A DNA stretch of 64,000 bases from positions 109,172-173,171 of the forward strand of contig JAQWEN010000001.1 in NCBI GenBank assembly GCA_028704885.1, in the 5' to 3' direction. The notes under the pieces were generated by a model. It was not told the origin of the DNA, did no database searches, and saw nothing but the letters and a program-made list of their open reading frames with translations. Of this stretch, positions 20,596 to 33,200 are shown piece after piece. Each line of letters opens with the position of its first letter. The first letter of the stretch is position 1. The position numbers and the translations under genes were made by a program. The DNA comes from Candidatus Shapirobacteria bacterium. Its GTDB lineage: Bacteria > Patescibacteriota > Microgenomatia > UBA12405.

Positions 20596-22602
20596 AATAC
20601 TATTCTCAAATATTATCTAAGAGCGGTTTTTTTGTTGTTTCCAATTGTTTTTATCCCGATAATTCTTGATAGTTTTGCTTTTGGTAAAAATTTAAGTCTG
20701 ATGGTGATGGCATTTTTGGCATTGGTATTATGGACAATTAAATTATTAGCAACTAAGGAAAAAACAGTAAAAACAAATAAATTATTTTGGTTATTTTTGG
20801 TGTACGTTATTTGGAGTGTAATATCATTTTTTAGATTAGATGTTGGAGTCAGAATGCAATCTTTAATGTTGCCAATGGGGATGGGGACGGTTGCTTCGCT
20901 TTTTATGTTATTTTTTGTATGGCTTCAAGTTAACAATAAAGAAGAAACAGAGAAACAATTTTTATTTTTGACAATATCAGGATTGATAATGGGATTAGTT
21001 TCTTTGATTGTGTTTATGTTGCCAGCAAGCAAATTGCCATTATTGATTCCTAAAACTTATCCATTATTATCGATTAATGCGGCTTGGTCTTTGGCTGGTT
21101 CGATTGTAGGAGAGATTATTTTATTTGCCTTTTTAATATTTGGTTGGTTAAAGAAATTGTTAACTAAAATAAAAGAAAAAGCTGAGGTAATAAATTATTT
21201 GACCGATGCAATGGCGGTAGTATTTTTTGGATTATTGTTTTTGTTGGATATTTATCGAATTTTCAAATTGGGATGGGGAATTATGGATGGAAATAGTGTC
21301 TGGGTAATTGCAGTGGAAGCTTTTAAAACAAAGCCTATATTTGGAATGGGAATCGGTAATTTCACTGAGGCTTTTAATATGTTTAGACCAGTTAGTTTTA
21401 ATTTGACTAAATATTGGACTAATGTTTTTTCAGGGTCATCAATGGGAATCTTACAGATTTGGACCGAACTTGGGATTGTTGGTTTGGCTTTGGTAACTTA
21501 TCTAGTGCTGATAGTTTTAAAAATGAAAAAGACAACTAAATTTTGGCAAGTGGTTTTATTTTTAGCAGTAGTTTTGTTTTTACAATTAGATTTAATGTCA
21601 GTCTTTTTATTAGCATGGTTATTATCGAGTGATGTATTGGAAAATAAAGAAAGTAAATTAATTTTGAATGTGGGAGAAAATAATTTTAACGTAATGCCTT
21701 ATTTGTTGGCGGTGGTGATTTTTATTGGGGTTGGTTTTGGTGGATTTTGGATGGGTAAAATGTTTTTAGGGGATTTTTATATGAGGCAATCATTAGTAGC
21801 AGCGACAAATAACGATGGTCTTAAAACATATGAATTGCAAATTAAAGCAATCGGAGTTAATCCAAATTTGGCCAGTTATAGAAAAATATATTCACAGACA
21901 AATTTGGCTTTAGCACAGAGTTTATTAAGTAATAAAGATATTACTGATACAGAAAAAGAAAAGGCTTCTACCTTGGTGCAACAAGCAGTAAGAGAGGCTA
22001 AAACAGCAATTTCTTTGAATCAAAAAAATCCAGAATATTGGTACAGTCTGGCAACTATTTATAAATCTTTAGTAGGGTTGGTTGATGGAGCAGCTGATTG
22101 GAGTTATCAAGCTTATCAACAAGCAATTATTTTGGATCCAGTTAATCCAGTTTTAAGTTTGGATATGGGTGGACTTTTTTATGCAGCGGGGAATTACGAG
22201 CAAGCTGATAGGGCTTTTGAAGAGTCAGTAACTGATAAAAGCGATTTTGCTAATGCTTGGTATAACTGGGCAAATTCGGCTTATAAATTAAAGAAGATTG
22301 ATGTGGCCGTAGCAAGATTAGAACAAGCTTTAAAACTGGTTTCAACTGATTCTGGTGATTACGAAACTGCTTCTAAAGAATTGGAAGTTTGGAAGAAAGA
22401 GTTAGCTGAGGCTGTTAAACAACAACAAGAATTATTAAAACAGCAACAGGCTGAGCAAAAACAACCAGAGACTTTGAAAACAGCAGAACCATTACCAACT
22501 GTGAATCCTGAAGAGAAGGTGAATGTGCCAAGTGAGGAATTAGAACCACCAGCAGTTGAGCCAACAGTGGAACCAACAGTGGAACCAACACCGGGAATTT
22601 AG
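20596..22602 (+). CDS. O-antigen-ligase-like (Wzy_C-type) polytopic membrane protein with a C-terminal TPR domain and a 'VEPT' repeat tail
   Basis: At least ten TM helices. The loop 'VWVIAVEAFKTKPIFGMGIGNFTEAF...ILQIWTELGIVG' resembles the O-antigen ligase signature. TPR-like helices run from about aa 450. The track start at 20530 is an alternative. Confidence 0.5.
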   Translation, partial: NTILKYYLRAVFLLFPIVFIPIILDSFAFGKNLSLMVMAFLALVLWTIKLLATKEKTVKTNKLFWLFLVYVIWSVISFFRLDVGVRMQSLMLPMGMGTVASLFMLFFVWLQVNNKEETEKQFLFLTISGLIMGLVSLIVFMLPASKLPLLIPKTYPLLSINAAWSLAGSIVGEIILFAFLIFGWLKKLLTKIKEKAEVINYLTDAMAVVFFGLLFLLDIYRIFKLGWGIMDGNSVWVIAVEAFKTKPIFGMGIGNFTEAFNMFRPVSFNLTKYWTNVFSGSSMGILQIWTELGIVGLALVTYLVLIVLKMKKTTKFWQVVLFLAVVLFLQLDLMSVFLLAWLLSSDVLENKESKLILNVGENNFNVMPYLLAVVIFIGVGFGGFWMGKMFLGDFYMRQSLVAATNNDGLKTYELQIKAIGVNPNLASYRKIYSQTNLALAQSLLSNKDITDTEKEKASTLVQQAVREAKTAISLNQKNPEYWYSLATIYKSLVGLVDGAADWSYQAYQQAIILDPVNPVLSLDMGGLFYAAGNYEQADRAFEESVTDKSDFANAWYNWANSAYKLKKIDVAVARLEQALKLVSTDSGDYETASKELEVWKKELAEAVKQQQELLKQQQAEQKQPETLKTAEPLPTVNPEEKVNVPSEELEPPAVEPTVEPTVEPTPGI

Positions 22603-22659
22603 TTTTTCAGCTATTCAGTTGATCAGATAGTCAGATAAAAAAGTGTTATCATTATCACA

Positions 22660-23019
22660 ATGATTGATAATAAATTTGAACAACTTAAGGTTTGGCAAAA
22701 AGCTCATCAATTAACTTTAGATATTTATAGAGTAACTAAAAAATTTCCAAAAGAAGAAAAATATTCTTTAGTTGATCAGATTAAAAGGTCTTCTAGTTCA
22801 ATTCCAACTAATATCGTCGAAGGAAATGAAAGAAAGACTAAAAATGAATATATCCAATTTTTATATATAGCTAAAGGTTCTTGCGCTGAGACCAAATATC
22901 ATTTACTTTTATCAAAAGATTTAAATTATCTCTCATTAGAGGAATATATCAATCTAAATGAACAAACTATTGAAATAAGTAAAATGCTTTCTAGTTTTAT
23001 TAATTTTCTTAAAAACTGA
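22660..23019 (+). CDS. Four-helix-bundle protein (TIGR02436 / 23S rRNA-IVS protein family; Avd-like)
   Basis: 'LKVWQKAHQLTLDIYRVTKKFPKEEKYSLVDQIKRSSSSIPTNIVEGNERKTKNEYIQFLYIAKGSCAETKYHL' matches the family consensus, including 'NI.EG..r' and 'A.GS..E'. Confidence 0.75.
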   Translation: MIDNKFEQLKVWQKAHQLTLDIYRVTKKFPKEEKYSLVDQIKRSSSSIPTNIVEGNERKTKNEYIQFLYIAKGSCAETKYHLLLSKDLNYLSLEEYINLNEQTIEISKMLSSFINFLKN

Positions 23020-23047
23020 CTATCTGAAGAACTGATAGTCTGACAAA

Positions 23048-24235
23048 CTAATTGATTATCCACCACTTAAATTCAATGTCTTCATTGATAGGAGAGCTGA
23101 GACCGACAGTAAATGATTCCTTCGATTTGCTCAGGACTTGGAGATTCTGATTTTTGCCACCTTTTGTTGCAGTTACATAGACTTGGGAAGTAGAAGTAAG
23201 TTGACTATTAGAGATAGAAATTTCCTTTTGATTAGATGGTAAAACAGAATTACCAGAGAGAGAATTAGAGTCGGTTTGGTTGGTGACAGCAATAGAAGTG
23301 TCTTCTTCAGGAGCGGCGACAATTAAACCACCATCAGCTAAAGCTTGAATAGTAGGAGAGTCGATGGTTGGAGCGATTGTTGGTTGGAGATTATCGATTG
23401 TCGAAGGGGAAGTATTTTTAAGATTTGGATTTTGAGAAATAAGTTTTTCAAGAGCTGACTTTTCGGATTCAACTTGAATTTTTTGAGTGGAGTCAGTAAC
23501 AATACTTATAAGGCGATTGTAGGTTTCTAATGCTTGAGGGAAAAGACCGACTTGTTGTTGAATCTTGGCTAAGTCATAAAAATTTTGAGCTTTAGTTGGT
23601 TCAAGAGCGACGGTTTGATTTAAATAGAGAATAGTATTTTGAGCATCGCCTTTTTTGGCATAGAGAGAAGCAAGGGTGTGAGTTATTTCAGCAGAAGAAG
23701 GATTTAATTTTTGAGCAGCGGCAATATCAGATATAGATTGATCTATAAGTTTAGGTTGTGAATCAGTAAGTGACTGGTAGATTCGACCGCGTTGTTGGTA
23801 GCCACGATAGTCGTCTGGGAATTCTTTTATGGCTTCAGTAGCAGCTAATATGGATTTATTGAGCAAATCGATGGTTAATGATTGATCTTTTTGGTTTTGA
23901 AGAGCTTGGGTAAATAATTGTTGTGATGTTAAAAGATAATGTTGGATAGATTTAGGTACTTGTGTTGGAGTAGGAGAGTTAGATCTCAGTTTATCAGATG
24001 TCGGTTGATCAGTTAAAACGGTTGAAGAATGACCTTTTAAAATAATTAGGCCGGAAAAAGAAAGAAGAGTGAGACCAGAGATGGAAAGTAAAGGAAAAAT
24101 TGGGAGAGTCAATTTAGATTTCAGTTTGTCAGTTGTCAGTTGTTCAGTTTTTAAAAATTCATTATTTTGATTTGAATCTTTGATGTCAATGCCGAGGGAT
24201 TTTAATTTTTCAATTTGATCGGGGGTGTAATCCAT
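23048..24235 (-). CDS. Membrane-anchored TPR-repeat protein whose C-terminal 'WWIIN' domain is shared with the adjacent giant protein
   Basis: One TM helix 'LPIFPLLSISGLTLLSFSGLIIL', TPR-like repeats and the C-terminus '...SKSKESFTVGLSSPINEDIEFKWWIIN'. Confidence 0.6.
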   Translation of the reverse strand: MDYTPDQIEKLKSLGIDIKDSNQNNEFLKTEQLTTDKLKSKLTLPIFPLLSISGLTLLSFSGLIILKGHSSTVLTDQPTSDKLRSNSPTPTQVPKSIQHYLLTSQQLFTQALQNQKDQSLTIDLLNKSILAATEAIKEFPDDYRGYQQRGRIYQSLTDSQPKLIDQSISDIAAAQKLNPSSAEITHTLASLYAKKGDAQNTILYLNQTVALEPTKAQNFYDLAKIQQQVGLFPQALETYNRLISIVTDSTQKIQVESEKSALEKLISQNPNLKNTSPSTIDNLQPTIAPTIDSPTIQALADGGLIVAAPEEDTSIAVTNQTDSNSLSGNSVLPSNQKEISISNSQLTSTSQVYVTATKGGKNQNLQVLSKSKESFTVGLSSPINEDIEFKWWIIN

Positions 24236-24253
24236 ACTTAATTTTAATAACTT

Positions 24254-27200
24254 TTAGTTAATAATCCACCAGTTAATAATAATGTCTTGATCTAAATAGT
24301 TGTCTAAAGCAATAGTAAAAGAGGATTCTGATTCAGAAACAACTTTGGATTTAACGTATGGAACTTGGTTTTTGGTGGAACCGACTGGAGTGAGATAAAC
24401 CATAGAATTTGGAGTGATTTTATTATTACTAATAATTATTTCAGTTTTGCCGGCTGGAAGGGTGGCAGTGCCAGCGGTGGCATTGGAGGTTAATTGAGAA
24501 GAACTGGTAGCAATGGCACCGAAACCGGATTCAGCAATAATGGTTTGAGCACTATCAGTTGAGATTTTCAGTTTATCAGATATCAGTTCTTCAGATGTTA
24601 ATTTTTTGGTTTGGATTTCGTCGGCAGTAATTAAATTGGCCATTAAACTGCCAGAGACTTTAAGATTGCCGGTGATTTCAACTTCGCCATTTTCGGCAAT
24701 AACCAAAGTGTCGCCCATGATATGAACAGAACCAGTAGAAGATGGTTGAATGAAAAGAGCGGAGTTGGTAGTTTCAATTAAATTATCTTTAATAGCAATT
24801 TCACCAGTAGTGAAAGTGCCAGTGACAAAGGCATTACCAAGTTCGGTGTCGCCTTGGACCATAAGTTTGGCACCGACAACAAGATTATTAGTAAGAGCGA
24901 GATCGCCGTTTATTTTAGCCGAATCACTGGCAATATTCATTGACCAATCAGAAGATTGAGACATAATTGAGCTGCCAGTGATGGCAGAGGATGAGGCTTC
25001 GTTTGTAGAAATTAATTTTTTAAGTTCATCGCGGAGAGAACTAACCTTGGCGGTCATTAAATCACCAAAAGAACCTTCTTTGGAAATAATGTTGTCGGCA
25101 TATAAAGTAGATACGCTCGCTTCGCGGGCTGTCAGTTTGTCAGATATCAGTTCGTCAGTTGTTAAGGTTCCGGAAATGGTGGCAGTGGTAGCAGTTAATT
25201 CGTCAATGTTGGCTTTTGGAGAAATAATTTTTTCAGCGACTAAGTTTTTAGTAACTATATTAGTAGCGGAAATTAAACCAGCTTTGATTTTAGCGGAAGC
25301 GATTTCGGCAAATTGTCCCATGCGAGTGACAGTAGCGCCAAGAGTATCCGTTAGAGAATAAGTGGCTGCCTCGATTTCATTTTTGGCACCATCGTAACCG
25401 AGAGAAGCGAGAACTTCATCGGAAACATTATAATTGACATTAATTTCGCCAGTAGCAGTAATAGAAAGATCTTTATTGAGATTGGTAACTTTAGCATCAA
25501 CTTCTTGAATGCCACGGATGGCTAAAGGAATCATACCAATATAGTTAATACTCTTATAACCATCGCTGCCAGTATTAACGAAACTTGGAAGAATTTGTTC
25601 AACATCTTGGGCAATGAAACCGTATTGTCGTTGAGCCATCTCTTGAGGATTAGTTATACCAACTTTGTCAGCATAAGCTTGGTTCCAATTGAAACTGACT
25701 GGATTAAGACTATTAAGAACGGAAAGACTGTCAAAAATTTCAATATTAGGGTTGGAGCTAGAACCAAGTCCAATGTTAACAACATCATCTTTAAGTCGTT
25801 GATCGGAAAGCCAGCTGGTACTAGAACTCCAGTCAGGAGAATTACTAGAGTAAAAAGGTCGACCATTAGTATCCATACCAATTTGTCGATTGGCATGAGT
25901 AAAACATAATTCATCACCGTTACCGCCAGAGACAGTACATTGAGAGATTGTCCAGCTGCCGATAGTAAAAGCATCACCTTGAGCAACATAAGTATATTCG
26001 GTACTACCGTTGAAGGCACGAATACGATCAGCATGGGTATGAATGTTCCAAATGTTGGCTGTGGTTTCATCTTTAACATTGATACCACCAGCTGATTGGC
26101 TGGAAGGAGTACCAGAGATATAAAGAGCACCGCCGGTTATTTCCATTTTACCGTAGGTAGCATTAGGACTAGCGGTGCCGACACCGACATTGCCACTACC
26201 AGTAAGAGATAAAGCCATTGATTCTCCAGCATTTGGGTATGATTTAACATAAAAACTTAGATTTGTTAAATTAGCACCAGAACCACTAGCAGTGAAGGCT
26301 GATCTGGCGTAATAGCTTGTAGGTTCATTACTATAACTCCATCTTAAGTTAGGACCACTAGAGGAAATATCTAAATTTGATTGAGGATTAGTAGTTCCAA
26401 TGCCGACATTGCCACCAAGAGGATTTAACATTAAAGGAAAAGTAAAATTATCGCTTTCTCTCATTGCTTGTAGCCAAGATCCATAAGTTGGACCTCCAGC
26501 CAGAGTACCAATATGGACACCAGCGTCACCTCCTAAAAATTTTGCAACTGCATTGACAGAAGTTATTGTATTATTTTGTGATCCTTTTACGTCCAATTTA
26601 GCTCCTGGATTGGTGGTGCCGATGCCGACGAGGCCAGTATCAGTGATGATCATTCTATCAGTTGTTCCAGCGTCGGCGTTAGCAGTAGCGAATATTATGG
26701 AACCAGATCCATAATTTGCAGCTCCTCTTTTAACCCAAATTGAGGCATTGTTGGCAGTGTTACCTGTGTTTCTCCAAAATATTTGACCTAAGTTGTTATA
26801 AGAACTGCCACCAGAACTTTTTAGTGCTATATTTCCTGCAACTTCTAATTTTTCCAAAGGATTGGTGGTGCCGATGCCGACTTTGCCAGCGAAATAATTA
26901 TTTCCAGTACCGACAGTACTGATTTCACCAGCAATTTGGAAATCACCGTTACCACTTAGAGCAGCAATATTAGTGGTGGCTAGTTGCCAAATCCAACCTC
27001 GGGTGGTGGCACCAGAAAAACGATTGTATAAAGCCCAATCGTTAGTAACTGGACCATAAGTTCCATAACCAGCGGTGGCAGTGGTTTGCATTTGAGTGAA
27101 ATAACCATTACCTAATGAGCCATAATAACTGAGGGATCTATTACTGCTAGCGGTTAGTTCAATACTAGTTCCAACAACAAGAGAGGTGCCAACATTGAGG

Positions 27201-30200
27201 GAAGTAGAAATATTACCATTGCCAATAACATGTAATTTACTAGTTGGATTAGTGGTGCCGATGCCGACATAACCACCACTTGGTTGTAGAGATAAATTAT
27301 AAGCGACAGCTGTTCCACCAACATTTTGAGATTGTATAAAACCGCTTCCATTGGTTAAAATACCCGAAATTAAACCACTGTTGTTTTCGGCTAATAATCC
27401 AAATTGACCCCAATTATATCCTAGAACTGGAGAATCAGAACTATACTGCCAGACACTTAATGGATAATCATGGGCGGTGGTTCCAATGGCAACATGGCCT
27501 TCAGCAATTGTCATAGCAATAGTTTCATTAGACCAATCATTGGTTGAAAATTGAAGATGACCATATGGGGAGGCAAACCCAGACCAATCAGTATAGGATT
27601 TGATGGTTCCGGTTGGGAAATTATAGCCAGGATTGCCAGTGCGGAATTCAATGGCAGTAGCGTTACCGACAGCCATAGTGGCACTGTTATTAAGAGTTAT
27701 AACTGGACCTAGTCCAGCACTAACAGATTTTTCTAAATGGAGAAGAGTTGTTGGATTGGTGGTGCCGATACCGACATAACCTCCGGTTTTTAAAAATAAT
27801 TGATTATCCCAACCAGTAACAGCGGTACCGGCAGTAGTGGTACCACTGGAAGCAATTAATAAACCGTTAGTGAAATTTTGAATTCTTGAGGCAGCACCAG
27901 CGGTAATGTGATTGCCATTGTCGTTATAATTAAATCTAATTGAACCAATATAAGAAAGAGAAAGAGAACTATTGGTAGTGCTGGCATTGGCTGAATCTAA
28001 TCCAAATTGAGTATCGCCAACATCTAAGAATTTTTGACCAATAACATTATTACTAGCTTTAATATTACCAACAACGTCAAGTTTTTCGATAGGATTGGTG
28101 TTGCCGATACCGACATAACCAGAGGCTAGAATTCTTAAAGCTTCGACAGCACCAACTGAGAGAGATAAATTATTGGTGGTTGGTCTCCAAAGGCCAGTGT
28201 CAGTGTCGGTGATAAAAGAATATCCAGGAGCAGAAACAGTACCATTGGCAGCTAAATGAATTTTAGAAGAACTAATGACAGTGGTACCGCCAATATTAAT
28301 ATTTCCAACTACATTAAGAGAAGTACCAACTGCTAATGAAGTAGTGATATTTCCATTACCAACAACATTGAAAGTAGCAGTACCAGTAGCGCCAACACCA
28401 AATTTACCTGAAATTAAAGCATTGCCGTTAACATGGAGATTGTAAAGAGGATTAGTGGTGCCAATACCGACATAACCAGAGGCTAGAATTCTTAAAGCGT
28501 CGACAGCACCAACTGAGAGAGATAAATTATTGGTGGTTGGTCTCCAAAGGCCGGTGTCAGTGTCGGTGATAAAAGAATATCCGGGAGCAGAAACAGTACC
28601 ATTGGCAGCTAAATGAATTTTAGAAGAACTAATGACAGTGGTACCGCCAACATTAACATTTCCAACTACATTAAGAGAAGTACCAACTGCTAATGAAGTA
28701 GTGATATTTCCATTACCAACAACATTGAAAGTAGCAGTACCAGTAGCGCCAACACCAAATTTACCTGAAATTAAAGCATTGCCGTTAACATGGAGATTGT
28801 AAAGAGGATTAGTGGTGCCGATACCGACATAACCAGAAGTTCCTGGTAAAAGATTAATATCACCCGTGCTGAATGTTGTTGTAAGAGTTAAATTACCAGT
28901 ACTACCATTGTAGAGTTCTATACCACCATACGAACCAGCACCGGCATTATTCCCGTATATTGATTGGGTAGCATCTAACAAAATAGAACCTCCAGCAATA
29001 TCTAATTTTGCTCCAGGGTTGGTGGTGCCGATACCGAAATTGGTGCCGTCTGTCCAAAGATTAGAAGAATTTAAAATTATTTTGCCAGCGTTATAGGTTT
29101 GTAAGGTTAAATTACTGGAACCAAAAACTTCACCGGTATTGATGGCGATTGGGCCGGCGGTGTTAATATTGGCTCCAGTTGAATTAGTAAAATTCAAATC
29201 ATAAGCAATGGAAACATCACCGTTGGAAAGGAAAGCGGTGGGGTTATAAAAAGTATTACCGGCACTAGAGAAAGAAGCAAAAGTAGACCCAGCATCAGAA
29301 AAGGTTAAAGAGAAACCAGAGAGACCAATATCAGTATTTTGAGATAGAAGACCACCAAGACCAAAAGTAATGGAAGTTCCAGAACCAAGAGTGGTAAGAC
29401 CATTGAGACCAGTGAAACTAAGAGTAGAACCGTTACCTATGGAAAGATTATTAGCGCCAATTTTAGCAACCCAACCAAAGGAAGCATTGTTCATGAAAGC
29501 TAGATCTCCTAAAGCTCTTTTAGTAATGGTGCCATTGGAAGCAATGAAGAGAGCAGTAGTACCAACAGAAGTAACATTAGTACCAGTTAGACTAAGAGTA
29601 CCAGCAATACCAACATTATTAAGAGCTGATCGACCAGTAACAGATAAAGTACCACCAATAGAGCCATTAGTACCAACAGTAAGAGAAGTACCAACTGCTA
29701 ATGAAGTAGTGATATTTCCATTACCAACAACATGTAATTTACTAGTTGGATTAGTGGTGCCAATACCGACGTTACCATCGCCAGTAATGCGCATTTTTTC
29801 AACAGGAGAGGAAGCTGCAGTAGGGTTAACAAAGAAAGAAAGATCTATTCTATTTGCCCAACCAGTACCTGCTACAGCCGCAATACCAGCCCATTTATTT
29901 AATTCATTTGGTCCTGCTTCACTACTTATTTTTAATTTTAGACCAGCACCATAATTAGTTAAATTTGCATTTCCTTCATTTTTAATATCCTGACCCCAAA
30001 GTATTTGACTACTATCGGAGCCGGCATATACTTCTAATTCACTTGCTGGGTTGGTGGTGCCGATGCCGACATTACCTGTGTTTCTTTGAATGAATAGAGG
30101 AGTATTCCAAGATGAATCTAAGTTTCCAGCGTTACCGTTATGAATTTGAAATGATAAATCAGATGATCTTGTACTTGCAGCATATCCCGTTTGAAGAATT

Positions 30201-33200
30201 CTTGCTCCATATCCACCCATAGTACCTCCATATCCCATATAAATAGCATTTCCATTATTGTCAGCAGTATTATTATTTTGTAAATATAAAGAATTAACAA
30301 CTGCAGCATAACCACTGTCTGAAATGGTTACTAATGCAGATGTTCCATTTGTTCCCATTACACTTAATTTACTTCCTGGATTAATTGTTCCAACGCCAAC
30401 GTTGCCATCACTTCTGATAACCATTTTGGTATTGGCCAAGGTGTTGGGGGTAGCTGCTTGAGATAAACCAAAAGCTAAAAGTTCATTAGTCCCATCGTAG
30501 TATTCAAATAATCCGGCTGCTCTCATGGTGGCAGCACTATATCTGGACAATATTAGTCCAGGCCCGGGAGTATTAGAACCCGTTTGTAAGGAATAAATTT
30601 CCAATTTTTCGTTTGGACTGGTTGTCCCAATGCCTACATTGCCAGAAGTAAACTGAAGATACATAACCTCAGTAGAACCAATGTTTAAGCGAGTATTTTC
30701 AGTAAGAGCATTGCCTAATTTGAATTGATTTCCGGTACCTAAAGTAATACCGTTGCCAGCAGTGTAGACAGTCCCAGCAGGTAGTGCCACTTGACCAGCA
30801 GTAGTTAATCGTCCTTGAGCATCAACAGTGAAAGTAGGAATAGAAGTACCAGAACCAAAAGAACCAGCAGTGACAGAAGTATTAGCTAAGTTAATATTAC
30901 GACTAACACCAGTACCAGTAATACTGATACCAACTCCATTAGTAAGAGTAGTAATGAAATTACCAGTAGAACCAACACCAACAAAACCAGTACTTTCGAT
31001 ACCATCTAATAAGTCGGCATCTAGGGTGGAAGTTGAACCATCATTATTAGAATTCCAACTTTCGTACCATGATCCCCAGTTGGTGACACCTATTCCCATT
31101 CTGGTCCAAAGGTTACCATTATCGGTATAAGCGATCTGAATTGGGTAACCACCAGACATATCGGTTGTGGCCCCATATTTTCTAAAAGTTAAAACACCAT
31201 GGTAGGTACCACCATCAGACAAACCATCTGTAGTATTGGCTTTGAAATCAGCGTATAAACCGGCATCTCTATCGTCTGGATCATAGTTGTTATTACGAGT
31301 ATCGGAACTAATCATACTGTTTTCGGTTGAAGCTCGACGAGTAAAATAAGTACTGCTAACGCCATCAAGTAAATCAGCATTTAGATTTGTAACTACAGTA
31401 GTATTTTGAGCATTAGTAGCTTTAAGAGTGGTGGTGGTAAGAGTGCCGCCAACCTCAAGATTAGTAGAAAAAGAAGCATTACCAATAACTTCGAGTTTGT
31501 GAGTTGGATTAGTGGTGCCGATACCGACATTGCCAGTAGAAAGATTACCGTAAATAATTGGACTTTGATTATTACCAATATAGAGACGATCATTGTAAGC
31601 ACCAGTGGCACCATTACTATTACCGATGAAAATATTATTGGAACCAGAAGTGAGATTCATGCCAGCCTGATAACCAATAGCGATATTTGAACTTAAAGTG
31701 GTACCAGAACGAAGTGCAGACGTACCTAAAGCAGTATTATAGCTACCGCTAACATTGGCACTAAGCGAATAATGACCCAAGCTGGAGTTACTAGAACTAG
31801 TATTAGCTTGTTGTGAATAAAAACCAATAGCAGTGTTGTAACTACCACTAACATTACTATAAAGAGAGATTGTTCCAGCAGCAACATTCTGACTACCAGT
31901 GGCATTACTATAGAGAGATTTGAAGCCAAAGGCGGTATTACTACTACCACTAGTATTGGAATATAAAGCTTGATAACCAAAACCACTGCCAGAGGATGCG
32001 GTATTGGTTCTACCAACGCCAACTCCAACGAAGGTACTGTGAGATGTATCATCACTGTCGGCTCGAATTTCTAAATTAACAGTACCGTTGGCATTAAGAA
32101 TATTGAAGGCTGGAGTTGTAGAATTTATTGAAGCAACTGTTAATTTAGCAAGAGGATTAGTAGTGCCAATACCGACGTTGCCAGAATTTGGATTAATAAG
32201 AACGTCACCAAAAGCACTACCAGCTGCGTTTACACCTTGAATCATAGCTTTTGCATTAGATTGTCCCATAAGAAAACCAGCTGATGAACTCTTAAACCAA
32301 GTATTATATCCAGATGAATCATTACCTTGAAAAATGGCAGCTTTTTCATTTACATTACTAATAACTTCCAACTTCGCTCCTGGACTGGTAGTCCCAATAC
32401 CCACATTACCACTAGCATATTGCAGGTACATAACCTCAGTAGAACCAATATTTAATCGAGTATTTTGAGTTAGAGCACCACCAAGTTGAAAAATATTATC
32501 AACAGTTTTAGTAATACCGTTATTGGAATTGTAAGTAGTGCCAATAGAAGTATTGTTAATCGTAATACTTGATCCAGATTGAACAAGAGAAATACCAACA
32601 CCATTATTGAAAGTGACAGTGGAACCAGTATCAATAGCAGTAGCAGCACCACTATTAGCTTGAAGCATCCAGTTTTGATAATCATCAGCACTAGATTTAT
32701 CCCAACCAACGGTACTGATGTAACCCATCAAACCACTATTACCACTTAAGAAAGCAGCAACAGAAGAACCACCAATAGCAGTATTACTGATATTTAATGA
32801 AGCAGTAGTAGTGGTAGTACCGACAGCTAAAGAAGTAGTGAAATTTCCATTGCCAACCACATTGAAAGTAGCAGTACCAGTAGCACCAACACCAAACTTA
32901 GACACTAAACCAGTACCAGAGATCCAGAAGTTAGAAGTAGATTGAGCAGAAGCAAATTGATTTTGAATGTAACGAGTATCAAAATTAACAGTAGCTAAAC
33001 TAGTTAAATGACCTAAACCATCAAGAGTAATATCTTGAATAACAGTACCGTTACTATTATCAGAGGAAGCTTGAGAAGAAGTATCAGCATGAGAGATAGT
33101 AGTACCAACTCCAGTACCAGTAATGACCATGGAAGTACCAGCTTGAAGATTGAGATTATTTTCAAAAGCTAAAGTACCAAGAACTCTTTTGGTAACAGTC

